Of a stretch of DNA of 64,000 bases, positions 18,230-26,916 are shown in pieces. The DNA lies in the NCBI GenBank assembly GCA_016705955.1, contig JADJKO010000010.1, forward strand, positions 6,280 through 70,279, in the 5' to 3' direction. The stretch comes from Flavobacteriales bacterium (GTDB taxonomy: Bacteria > Bacteroidota > Bacteroidia > Flavobacteriales_F > PHOS-HE28). Made by a program: the position numbers and the translations under genes. A model generated the notes under the pieces. The model was not told the origin of the DNA, searched no databases, and saw nothing but the letters and a program-made list of their open reading frames with translations. Every line of letters starts with the position of its first letter. The stretch's first letter is position 1.

Positions 18230-18790
18230 TCAAGTCCAGGGCACCTTAACAGATCGTTCTCGACTTTGAACTAGCACGTTCAGCGTGGGGTGAATACGGT
18301 CGTACAAACCCTTGAATACATCAGGCCATTTCCCTCCTAGTTGGATGGATGTGACTTGCAAATCATGAGACTTCGGAACTGGATAGCGAAATTCTGTCTC
18401 CATCATCCGTTGGACTTGATCACAGAAAATGTCTTCGTTCTGACTAAGGGAGATTTTCGCCATACGGGCCAACTTCTTCAACTGGTGCGTTTGAATCTTT
18501 CGTGCTAAGGCACCATTCGAAATGAGCGTTTTATCCTCGAGGATAATCTTGCCCTTGAACAGACATTCAACGCTGTAACCAAGCAGCGCACCGTAAATGT
18601 GAAGCGTAGAAACCATTGAGCGCGTATCGTCGGTTGCCTCTCCCCGAACACGCTTCATTAAATCCTCCAGCTGCCGTTCGCATTCTGGCCAAAGCAACTT
18701 TGCGGCATGGCGGAGATCGGAAGCTTTGCGTCCCCAGAAGTAAGGGCTGGCTTCCATTCTGAAATACTGATGCTCCTTTGGTTCAGGCAT
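18230..18790 (-). CDS. Hypothetical protein (island-encoded)
   Basis: About 186 aa from an internal Met (MPEPKEHQYFRMEASPYFWGR...); no recognised family. Confidence 0.4.
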   Translation of the reverse strand: MPEPKEHQYFRMEASPYFWGRKASDLRHAAKLLWPECERQLEDLMKRVRGEATDDTRSMVSTLHIYGALLGYSVECLFKGKIILEDKTLISNGALARKIQTHQLKKLARMAKISLSQNEDIFCDQVQRMMETEFRYPVPKSHDLQVTSIQLGGKWPDVFKGLYDRIHPTLNVLVQSRERSVKVPWT

Positions 18791-18932
18791 TTCGCGTGAG
18801 CGATTGAAGCGGAAACCCCGCAAGCCCGGTAATCCGGGCGCGGAGTTGCAGCGGAAAGCGCGACCCGGCTGCATTTGAGCCGGGGCACGCCCACATCTCG
18901 ACTACGCTCGATGTGACAACGCTCCGCATCCC

Positions 18933-20396
18933 TCAATTCAAATTCAAGTACGCGCTCAAGCCGTGCACGCCACCCTCTCTTCCATACCCACTTTCCTTGT
19001 AGCCGCCGAAGGGTGAGGTGGGATCGAACTTGTTGAAGGTGTTGGCCCAGATGACGCCCGCGCGCAATTTGCTGGTGAGGTTGAAGATCTTGGAGCCTTT
19101 GTCCGTCCACACGCCGGCGCTGAGGCCGTAGGGCGTGTTGTTGGCCTTCTGGATCACTTCGTCCACGGTGCGGAAGGTCTGCACGGCGAGCACGGGGCCG
19201 AAGATCTCTTCCTGTGAGATGCGCGCGCTTTGGGCTACGTTGGTGAAGAGCGTGGGGCGGCACCAGAAGCCTTTGCCGGGCAGGTCGCACGCGGGTTGGA
19301 ACATCTCCGCGCCGTCGGCTTGGCCGATCTTGAGGTACTTGTTGATGGTGCCGAGTTGCTCGCGGCTGTTGATGGCGCCGATGTCGGTGTTCTTGTCGAG
19401 CGGATCGCCCACGACGAGCGAGCGCATGCGGTGCTTGAGCTTGCGGATCACTTCGTCGTACACGCCTTCTTCCACGAAGAGGCGGCTGCCGGCGCAGCAC
19501 ACGTGGCCCTGGTTGAAGTAGATGCCGTTGATGATGCCTTCGACGGCCTGGTCGATGGCGGCGTCGGCGAAGATGATGTTGGCCGCTTTGCCGCCGAGTT
19601 CGAGGGTGAGCTTCTTACCTGATCCCGCCGTGGCGCGCTGGATGAGCTTGCCCACATTGGTGCTGCCGGTGAAGGCGACCTTGTTGACATCGGGATGGTT
19701 GACGACCGCCGCGCCCGTGGCACCCGCACCGGTGACGATGTTGACGACGCCATCGGGGAGCTCGGCTTCCTGCAGAAGTTCGGCGAGCTTGAGTGCGGTG
19801 AGCGGTGTGGTCTCGGCGGGTTTCAGCACCACGGTGTTACCGCAGGCGAGGGCGGGCGCGAGTTTCCACGCGGCCATGAGCAGCGGGAAGTTCCACGGGA
19901 TCACTTGACCGGCAACGCCCAGCGGTGTCGGGTTCTTTCCCGGGAAGGCGTAGTTGAGCTTGTCCGCCCAACCGGCGTAGTAGAAGAAGTGCGCGGCGGC
20001 GAGCGGCACGTCCACGTCGCGGCTTTCGCGGATGGCCTTGCCGCCGTCCATGCTTTCGATGACGGCGAACTCGCGGGCCTTTTCCTGCAACAAGCGCGCG
20101 ATGCGGTAGATGTACTTGGCGCGTTCGCTCGCGGGCATCTTACCCCAGTGCCCTTTGTATGCCTTGCGCGCGGCCTTCACGGCGGCGTCCACATCGGCGT
20201 CATTGGCCTCGGCGATGCGCGCGAGCTTCTGCTCATTGGCCGGGTTGATGGTGTCGAAGTACTTGCCGCTCTTCGGTTTCTGCCACTTGCCGTTGATGAA
20301 GAGCTCGTACTGGGGGGAGATCTTGACGTGGTCCTTGGACTCGGGGGCGGGGGCGAGGGTCCAGTCGAGGGGTTTCTTCTTGGTCTTGGTGGCCAT
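18933..20396 (-). CDS. Aldehyde dehydrogenase family protein (NAD(P)+-dependent)
   Basis: 487 aa; full ALDH motifs: VIPWNFPL, GNTVVLKPAE, ELGGKA, catalytic-Cys region NQGHVCCAGSR. Confidence 0.9.
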   Translation of the reverse strand: MATKTKKKPLDWTLAPAPESKDHVKISPQYELFINGKWQKPKSGKYFDTINPANEQKLARIAEANDADVDAAVKAARKAYKGHWGKMPASERAKYIYRIARLLQEKAREFAVIESMDGGKAIRESRDVDVPLAAAHFFYYAGWADKLNYAFPGKNPTPLGVAGQVIPWNFPLLMAAWKLAPALACGNTVVLKPAETTPLTALKLAELLQEAELPDGVVNIVTGAGATGAAVVNHPDVNKVAFTGSTNVGKLIQRATAGSGKKLTLELGGKAANIIFADAAIDQAVEGIINGIYFNQGHVCCAGSRLFVEEGVYDEVIRKLKHRMRSLVVGDPLDKNTDIGAINSREQLGTINKYLKIGQADGAEMFQPACDLPGKGFWCRPTLFTNVAQSARISQEEIFGPVLAVQTFRTVDEVIQKANNTPYGLSAGVWTDKGSKIFNLTSKLRAGVIWANTFNKFDPTSPFGGYKESGYGREGGVHGLSAYLNLN

Positions 20397-20473
20397 GGTT
20401 TGTTCGTCGTAGCTGAGTGAGCGAAGGCGCAGCGACGAAGATAGCCCCGGCCTTGCTGTAACTTGGCGGCACC

Positions 20474-20737
20474 ATGGGACGCCTCATCATCGACATTCAC
20501 GATCCGAAGAAGGAGAAGGAGGTGGCCGAGATCCTGCTGGGCATCGACGGCGTGGTGGTCGAGCGGGCCATGGCCATCCCGAAGAGATCCGCAAAGGGGA
20601 AGAAGGTCGCCCGGAAACTTACTCCTGGGGAGAAACGGTTCGTGAGCGAACTGAGGCAGGCATTGAAGGAATTGAACGACCACATCACGGGCAAGAAGAA
20701 ATTCCAGTCGGCCCGCGCGTTCCTGCATGAGCTATAG
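20474..20737 (+). CDS. Putative antitoxin of a RelE/ParE pair
   Basis: 87-aa ORF whose 3' end overlaps (11 nt) the ATG of the downstream RelE-like gene. Confidence 0.5.
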   Translation: MGRLIIDIHDPKKEKEVAEILLGIDGVVVERAMAIPKRSAKGKKVARKLTPGEKRFVSELRQALKELNDHITGKKKFQSARAFLHEL

Positions 20738-21078
20738 GGTCGGTGTTTCGCCAACCTTCAAGAAGAAGGCGAAGCGGTTGGTGAAGATGTTTCATCCCGC
20801 TTAGCGGGAAGTATGCCTCCCTGAAGGGGGAACTACTGGAGCTGATCGGCCTGCTGGAACAGGACCCCGAACAAGGCACTCCGATCGGCAAGCGATGCTT
20901 CAAGGTGCGACTTTCGATCAAGTCCAAAGGTGGCGGAAAGTCCGGTGGTGCGCGGGTGATCACATGCGTGCTGCATGTTGCCAAGGAAGTTCACCTGCTG
21001 ACGATCTACGACAAATCGGAACAAGGCACGGTCACGGCCAGTGAGCTTGACACGTTATTGAAGGAGGTCCCACGTTGA
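20727..21078 (+). pseudogene. RelE/ParE family toxin gene with a +1 frameshift
   Basis: N-terminus MSYRVGVSPTFKKKAKRLVK in frame 0 stops at 20802; the conserved core SLKGELLELIGLL...KVRLSIKSKGGGKSGGARVITCVLHVAKEVHLLTIYDKSEQGTVTASELDTLLKEV continues in frame +1 to 21078. Confidence 0.6.
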
Positions 21079-21116
21079 TCATTGACCGAGACCAACATCG
21101 TTCAATTGGCCGAACA

Positions 21117-21389
21117 ATGCCCATCCGCCCCAACCCCTTCGCCTCGGTGACCTGGCGCACCACGTCGGGTGCCACCGAAGCGACACCTTCGGACGATGAC
21201 TTCGTTGCCGGGACGGAGGACGGTTACCTGCTGCGCGTGGAGAAGATGGACCGCAAGAAGTGGTGGTGGCAGGTGTACGGTCCGGATCGCAAGGAGGTCA
21301 TCGATTCACCGTGGATGATGAACACGATGGAGGACGCGTTCACGATCGCGGAGACGGTGTACGAGGTCCATCGCCGGGCAAGCCGTTGA
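21117..21389 (+). CDS. Hypothetical protein
   Basis: About 90 aa from an internal Met (MPIRPNPFASVTW...); no recognised domain. Confidence 0.35.
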   Translation: MPIRPNPFASVTWRTTSGATEATPSDDDFVAGTEDGYLLRVEKMDRKKWWWQVYGPDRKEVIDSPWMMNTMEDAFTIAETVYEVHRRASR

Positions 21390-21973
21390 TACCATCGCAA
21401 CATCTGTCGCGGTCCTTCGGCGATCACATGCTGATGTGAACGGCCCTTCGGACGTGCAGACGAAGGCTCCTCTTGCTCCCGGGCGCTCGCACGAGTTGCC
21501 GGTCGATCCTTCTGATCCTGGCCGCTGTTCAGGGTCCATTGGATCCAACGCTCTTCAACTCGTCGTGGTCGTCTGATGACAGGTCCCTCATCCCCCTCTT
21601 TCCGACCGGCTGAGCGGTGTAATGGGAAAATAATCCGTTCGGGACCCTGTGAAAAATACGTGGTCGCTTAGGGTGAAAAGACCGGTATTGCGGATCATCC
21701 GCTCGCGCCAACTTGCCCCCATGGATCTGACAGGCCATAGCGCACCGCCGAGGTTACCCCGCCAGAACGAGGAACCACCCTCCTCCAAGGGCGGGAAGTG
21801 GACCATGGTGCTTTGGTGGATCGGACTCCTCGTCTTCCTGATCGGGCTCTTGGGAATACATACGTACATGAACCCTCAATAAAGGGGTAGCAGGACGTAC
21901 TTGAGCGATACGACCTCCTCCTGATCCGGGCCCGGAAGCTAGCAATGGCGGCCGGGTCCGCCTTTTCAGGGGG

Positions 21974-22831
21974 TCAATCAATGCTGAAGTAATCCGCGCT
22001 CTGGTAGTGCCCATCGGCCTCCTTCTGCAACTGCATCAGGATGTCGTTGGCGAGGCTGCTGGCGCCGAAGCGGAACCAGTGGTTGCTGAGCCACTCGGGG
22101 CCGAGCTCCTCCTTCACCATCATGAGATAGTGTAGCGCCTGCTTGCTCGTGCGAATGCCACCTGCGGGCTTCATGGCGATCATCTCGCCGGTCTTCAGGT
22201 AGTGATCACGGATGGCGTGCAACATCACTAGCGTCACTTCCATCGTTGCAGCTGGATTGATCTTGCCGGTGCTGGTCTTGATGAAATCGGCGCCTGCCGC
22301 AATGGCGATATCGCTCGCTAGGCGCACTTTATCGTACGTACCGAGTTCGCCGGTCTCGAGGATCACTTTCAAACGCGCTTCACCGCAGGCTTCCTTGATC
22401 GCAGCGATCTCGTCGAACACGAAGTTGTATTCACCGCTGTGGAAATGCCCGCGGCTGATGACCATGTCGATCTCGTCGGCGCCTTGGCTCACGGCGTATT
22501 TGGTGTCCGCGATCTTCACGCTCTTCGGTGCTTGTCCGCTTGGGAAGGCGGTTGATACCGACGCGACCTTCACGCCACTATCGCCCAATGCCTTCCTCGC
22601 GACTTTCACCATGGTCGGGTAAACACAAATGGCAGCGACGGTCGGTAGACCCGGAAGGCTGTCGTGCAAGTGCATGCCTTTGTAGCAGAGCTGCTTCACT
22701 TTGCTGGGTGTGTCGGCGCCCTCCAACGTGGTGAGGTCGATCATGCTCAGGGCCATTTTCATGCCCTGCACCTTTGTTTCCTTCTTGATGCTGCGCGCCT
22801 TGATGCGGGCCACGCGCTCCTCGATACCCAC
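21974..22831 (-). CDS. deoC: Deoxyribose-phosphate aldolase
   Basis: 285 aa; LSMIDLTTLEG, AAICVYP, active-site Lys context FIKTSTGK and GASSLAN tail align to DeoC. Confidence 0.85.
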   Translation of the reverse strand: MGIEERVARIKARSIKKETKVQGMKMALSMIDLTTLEGADTPSKVKQLCYKGMHLHDSLPGLPTVAAICVYPTMVKVARKALGDSGVKVASVSTAFPSGQAPKSVKIADTKYAVSQGADEIDMVISRGHFHSGEYNFVFDEIAAIKEACGEARLKVILETGELGTYDKVRLASDIAIAAGADFIKTSTGKINPAATMEVTLVMLHAIRDHYLKTGEMIAMKPAGGIRTSKQALHYLMMVKEELGPEWLSNHWFRFGASSLANDILMQLQKEADGHYQSADYFSID

Positions 22832-22998
22832 TGATCGATCCTGGGCGAATTACGGCGGTCCGGTAAGCGAGGTGCAGGAGCGGTCTTGGTGGTCATGGTC
22901 GGGATGCGGCCAAAGATAGGCGCGGGCTGCGCTGGACGGGGCTTTGATCCACCGACCCCTCCGTTCAAAAGCCTACTTTCGCGCTCCATTCCAAGATC

Positions 22999-23604
22999 GT
23001 GTCGAACGAACGCCATTTGCATCCCGTCCAGGACCGCTTGCTTCAGCGCTCCGATAAGGAAGGCCTGCTCGGGCAACGGGGTTGCGCGATCTGGATGACC
23101 GGTTTGAGCGGAAGCGGGAAGAGCACGATCGCGATCGCCTTGGAGCGTGAACTGCATGAGCAGGGTCGATTTTGCGTGGTGCTGGACGGTGACAATGTCC
23201 GCACGGGCATCAACAACAACCTCGGTTTCTCCGATGCCGACAGAACCGAGAACATTCGCAGGATCGCTGAGGTGGCGAAGCTCTTTGTTCAACAAGGCTC
23301 AGTGGTGATCTGCTGCTTCGTTTCGCCTACGATCGTGATCCGGGAACAAGCGAAAGCGATCATCGGCGGAGTGGACTTCATCGAGGTTTTCATTGACACT
23401 CCGTTGGAGGTTTGTGAAGCGCGCGATGTGAAGGGGCTCTACGCGAAGGCGCGTGCTGGCGAGGTGAAGGACTTCACGGGGATCAGCGCACCTTTCGAAG
23501 TGCCACCATCACCGGCCATTCGCATCGTTACAGCTGATCGGAGCGAAGAAGCCAGCACCGCCGAACTCTTGAACTTCATCCTGCCGCGCATATCGCGTAG
23601 TTGA
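22999..23604 (+). CDS. cysC: Adenylyl-sulfate (APS) kinase
   Basis: 201 aa; P-loop GLSGSGKST and the FISP motif (FVSPT) of APS kinases. Confidence 0.9.
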   Translation: MSNERHLHPVQDRLLQRSDKEGLLGQRGCAIWMTGLSGSGKSTIAIALERELHEQGRFCVVLDGDNVRTGINNNLGFSDADRTENIRRIAEVAKLFVQQGSVVICCFVSPTIVIREQAKAIIGGVDFIEVFIDTPLEVCEARDVKGLYAKARAGEVKDFTGISAPFEVPPSPAIRIVTADRSEEASTAELLNFILPRISRS

Positions 23605-23615
23605 TCAAATGCATT

Positions 23616-23706
23616 CACCACAGAGGCACAGAGGACACAGAGGAATGCACTGCTCCCATTCAGCAGCTCGATCGACTTTCTCCGTGCCCTCTGTGCCTCT
23701 GTGGTG
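23616..23706. promoter_or_regulatory. 19-bp perfect inverted repeat spanning the cysC-cysD junction; the right arm overlaps the cysD start region
   Basis: caccacagaggcacagagg (23616-23634) is the perfect reverse complement of ccctctgtgcctctgtggtg (23687-23706); a partial direct copy of the left arm lies at 26006-26048. Confidence 0.5.
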
Positions 23707-23721
23707 AAAAAGAACCGACCC

Positions 23722-24627
23722 ATGCATTCGTACAGACTCACACACCTCAAGGAACTCGAAAGCGAGAGCATGCACATCCTGCGGGAAGTGGCTGCGCAGT
23801 TCGAGAACCCCGCGCTGCTCTTCAGCGGCGGCAAGGACAGCATCGTGTGCTTCCACCTCGCACGCAAGTCCTTCTTTCCGAGCAAGGTCCCGTTCCCTCT
23901 GGTCCATGTGGACACCGGCCACAATTTCCACGAGACCATCAAGTTCCGCGATGAGCTGGTGGTCGAGCACGGCGCGAAGCTGATCGTGGGCAGCGTGCAG
24001 GAAAGCATCGACCAAGGCAAAGTGCAGGAGGAGACGGGCTACTATGCCAGCCGCAACAAACTGCAAACGGTCACTTTGCTCGATACCATCGAGAAGCACA
24101 AGATCGACTGTGCCATCGGCGGCGGTCGTCGCGATGAAGAGAAGGCTCGCGCGAAGGAGCGCGTTTTCAGTCATCGCGATGATTTCGGCCAATGGGACCC
24201 GAAGAACCAGCGACCGGAATTGTGGAACCTCTACAACGGCAAGAAGCGCCCTGGTGAACACTTCCGCGCGTTCCCGATCAGCAACTGGACGGAGATGGAT
24301 GTGTGGCAGTACATCCTGTTGGAGAACATCGCCATCCCTAACATCTACTTCAGCCACGAGCGCGAAGTGTTCGATCGTGATGGTGTGATCTACGCGAACA
24401 GCGACTTCATGCACCTGAAGCCGGAAGAGAAGCCGTACACCATGCGCGTGCGCTTCCGCACGATCGGTGATATGAGTTGCACCGGCGCTGTGGATTCACC
24501 GGCGGCCACATTGGAAGAGATCATCGAAGAGGTGGCTTCATCGCGCGTAACGGAGCGTGGTAGCAGACAGGATGACAAGCGCAGCGAAGCGGCCATGGAG
24601 GACAGGAAGAAGGAAGGATATTTCTGA
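23722..24627 (+). CDS. cysD: Sulfate adenylyltransferase subunit 2
   Basis: PAPS-reductase-like fold with LFSGGKDS and HVDTGHNF motifs; ATG at 23722 preferred over the GTG at 23701. Confidence 0.9.
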   Translation: MHSYRLTHLKELESESMHILREVAAQFENPALLFSGGKDSIVCFHLARKSFFPSKVPFPLVHVDTGHNFHETIKFRDELVVEHGAKLIVGSVQESIDQGKVQEETGYYASRNKLQTVTLLDTIEKHKIDCAIGGGRRDEEKARAKERVFSHRDDFGQWDPKNQRPELWNLYNGKKRPGEHFRAFPISNWTEMDVWQYILLENIAIPNIYFSHEREVFDRDGVIYANSDFMHLKPEEKPYTMRVRFRTIGDMSCTGAVDSPAATLEEIIEEVASSRVTERGSRQDDKRSEAAMEDRKKEGYF

Positions 24628-24645
24628 GCACACGCTCACCCGCCG

Positions 24646-24705
24646 CGCGTTGCGTGTTACGTGTTGACGGGTTACGGGTTCGACAACACGCAACACGTAA
24701 CGCGC
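24646..24705. repeat. Near-palindromic intergenic hairpin (22-bp stem with 2 mismatches), second member of the 1035-1080 family
   Basis: gcgcgttgcgtgttacgtgttg ... caacacgcaacacgtaacgcgc, between the cysD stop and the cysN start. Confidence 0.6.
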
Positions 24706-24723
24706 CAACGCGCAACAAGAAGA

Positions 24724-25998
24724 ATGAAGGATACTTCCACCCACGGTTACTTGGATATGGACCTGCTCCGCTTCACCACAGCGGGAAGCGTTGACGACGG
24801 CAAGAGCACGCTGATCGGGCGCTTGCTCTATGACACCAAGCAGATCTTCGAGGACCAGATGGAGGCCGTGACCAAGGCCAGTGCCAAGCGCGGCAATGGC
24901 GACGTGGATCTCTCGCTGCTCACCGACGGCCTGCGCGCCGAACGCGAACAAGGCATCACCATCGATGTGGCCTACCGCTACTTCGCCACACCGAAGCGCA
25001 AGTTCATCATCGCCGATACACCGGGCCACATCCAGTACACACGCAACATGGTCACCGGCGCGAGTACGGCCAACCTCGCGATCATCCTCGTGGACGCACG
25101 CAAGGGGATCCTGGAACAAACCTGCCGACACTCCTTCATCGCTGCGTTGCTGGGGATCCCGCACGTGGTCTTCTGCATCAACAAGATGGACCTCGTGGAA
25201 TACAGCGAGGAGGTCTTCGAGAAGCTCCAGAAGGAGTTGGAGGATTTCAGCAGCAAGCTCGAGGTGCGCGACATCCGCTTCATCCCCATCAGCGCGCTGA
25301 AGGGCGACATGGTGGTGGATCGTGGCGACCGCATGCCGTGGTACCAAGGCCCGACCCTGATGTACCTCTTGGAGCACATCCACATAGCGGGTGATATCAA
25401 CCACATCGACCGGCGCTTCCCGGTGCAATACGTGGTGCGGCCCATGACCAATGAGCATCACGACTTCCGCGGCTTCGCAGGGCGCGTGGCCGGTGGCGTG
25501 TTCCGCCAGGGTGACACTGTGCAGGTGCTACCGAGCGGTTTCGAGAGCAAAGTGAAGAGCATCCACATCGGTGAACAGCGATCCATGGAAGCCTTCGCGC
25601 CGCAGAGCGTGGTGATGACGCTCGCGGATGAGATCGACATCAGTCGTGGCGATATGATCGTGGGCGCGAACAGTTTGCCGGAGAGTTCACAGGAGATCGA
25701 TGCGATGATCTGCTGGTTCCACGAGCGGCCGATGCAGGCGAACGGCAAGTACGCGATCAAGCACACCAGCCGCGATGCGCGCTGTGTGGTGAAGGAGATC
25801 AAGTACCGCATGGACATCAGCACCCTTCGCAAAGCGGACGGTGAACCCACGTTGAAGATGAACGACATCGGTCGTGTACACTTGCGGACCACGGTGCCGC
25901 TCCACTTCGATAAGTACCAGCGCAACCGCATCACCGGCAGCTTCATCCTGATGGATGAGAGCACCAACGAGACAGTGGCGGCGGGGATGATCGTGTAG
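24724..25998 (+). CDS. cysN: Sulfate adenylyltransferase subunit 1 (GTPase)
   Basis: 424 aa from an internal ATG; GTPase motifs GSVDDGKST, DTPGH and NKMD. Confidence 0.9.
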   Translation: MKDTSTHGYLDMDLLRFTTAGSVDDGKSTLIGRLLYDTKQIFEDQMEAVTKASAKRGNGDVDLSLLTDGLRAEREQGITIDVAYRYFATPKRKFIIADTPGHIQYTRNMVTGASTANLAIILVDARKGILEQTCRHSFIAALLGIPHVVFCINKMDLVEYSEEVFEKLQKELEDFSSKLEVRDIRFIPISALKGDMVVDRGDRMPWYQGPTLMYLLEHIHIAGDINHIDRRFPVQYVVRPMTNEHHDFRGFAGRVAGGVFRQGDTVQVLPSGFESKVKSIHIGEQRSMEAFAPQSVVMTLADEIDISRGDMIVGANSLPESSQEIDAMICWFHERPMQANGKYAIKHTSRDARCVVKEIKYRMDISTLRKADGEPTLKMNDIGRVHLRTTVPLHFDKYQRNRITGSFILMDESTNETVAAGMIV

Positions 25999-26047
25999 CT
26001 CATGTCACCGCAGAGGCGCGGAGACACCGAGAACGCGGAGGAATGCC

Positions 26048-26440
26048 CTAGCGCAGAAAAGCGATCGGCACAATGGACCGCTCCTTTTTCAACCGCCAAC
26101 GCACATAGACCGCAGCGAGCAATGCGCCTACACTGTTCGCTATCATATCGTTGATATCGGTGCGGCGGCCGAGGGCCTCAAGACCTTGCATGATCTCCGT
26201 GGCCAGTCCGTAGCCGATGCTGATCACGCACGCCCACAGCAAGTAGCGGACAGGCGTACCACGTACGATGAAGGCTTGAGCCAACAGGACGGCGAGCACG
26301 AAGAACATGAATGCGTGAACGAGCTTATCCAGATCCAGCAACGCGAACCAATCCCATTCGGGAAGCGCGGCGCCGGGCATCAAGCAGAGGACGAGGATCA
26401 CCACGGCCCACAGCAGGGCCCAGCGCAACGCGCGCAGCAT
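26048..26440 (-). CDS. VanZ family protein
   Basis: 130-aa, 4-TM protein with the VanZ-like pattern. Confidence 0.7.
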   Translation of the reverse strand: MLRALRWALLWAVVILVLCLMPGAALPEWDWFALLDLDKLVHAFMFFVLAVLLAQAFIVRGTPVRYLLWACVISIGYGLATEIMQGLEALGRRTDINDMIANSVGALLAAVYVRWRLKKERSIVPIAFLR

Positions 26441-26445
26441 GGCAC

Positions 26446-26826
26446 TTACGCGCCGACGACGGCCTTATACTGATCGGCGGTCAGCAGGTCGTTCACCTGT
26501 GCCGCATCGGCGATCTTGATCCGTACCATCCATCCTTTGCCATAAGGATCGCTGTTCACGCCCGCCGGGTCGTTGGCGAGATCCGGGTTCAGTTCCACCA
26601 CGGTCCCACTCAATGGCATGAAGAGATCACTTACCGTCTTCACCGCTTCCACGGTGCCGAACACGGTTTCGCGATCCAGGGTCTGTCCTTCGGTGCCGAT
26701 ATCCACGAAGACGATGTCACCGAGTTCGCCTTGCGCGAAGTCCGTGATTCCGACAACGGCGTGGTCGCCTTCCACACGGATCCACTCGTGGTCCTTGGTG
26801 AAGCGTAGTTCTGCTGGGATGTTCAT
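26446..26826 (-). CDS. gcvH: Glycine cleavage system protein H
   Basis: 126 aa; lipoyl-Lys motif [10 protein letters not shown] and overall H-protein alignment. Confidence 0.9.
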   Translation of the reverse strand: MNIPAELRFTKDHEWIRVEGDHAVVGITDFAQGELGDIVFVDIGTEGQTLDRETVFGTVEAVKTVSDLFMPLSGTVVELNPDLANDPAGVNSDPYGKGWMVRIKIADAAQVNDLLTADQYKAVVGA

Positions 26827-26916
26827 GGTTGTTTGGTCGGAGTCCGAGGGAATGGTCCCGTGCGGTGAATGAGTTGGCGAATGTAAAAGGATGGGTGATC
26901 CGTGGATCCGTTCCGG

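Noticed and set aside
22759-23295. 178-aa minus-strand ORF overlapping the deoC-cysC divergent intergenic region and the cysC 5' end
   Set aside because: Overlaps cysC on the opposite strand and has no protein-like motif; the region is better explained as a divergent promoter region.
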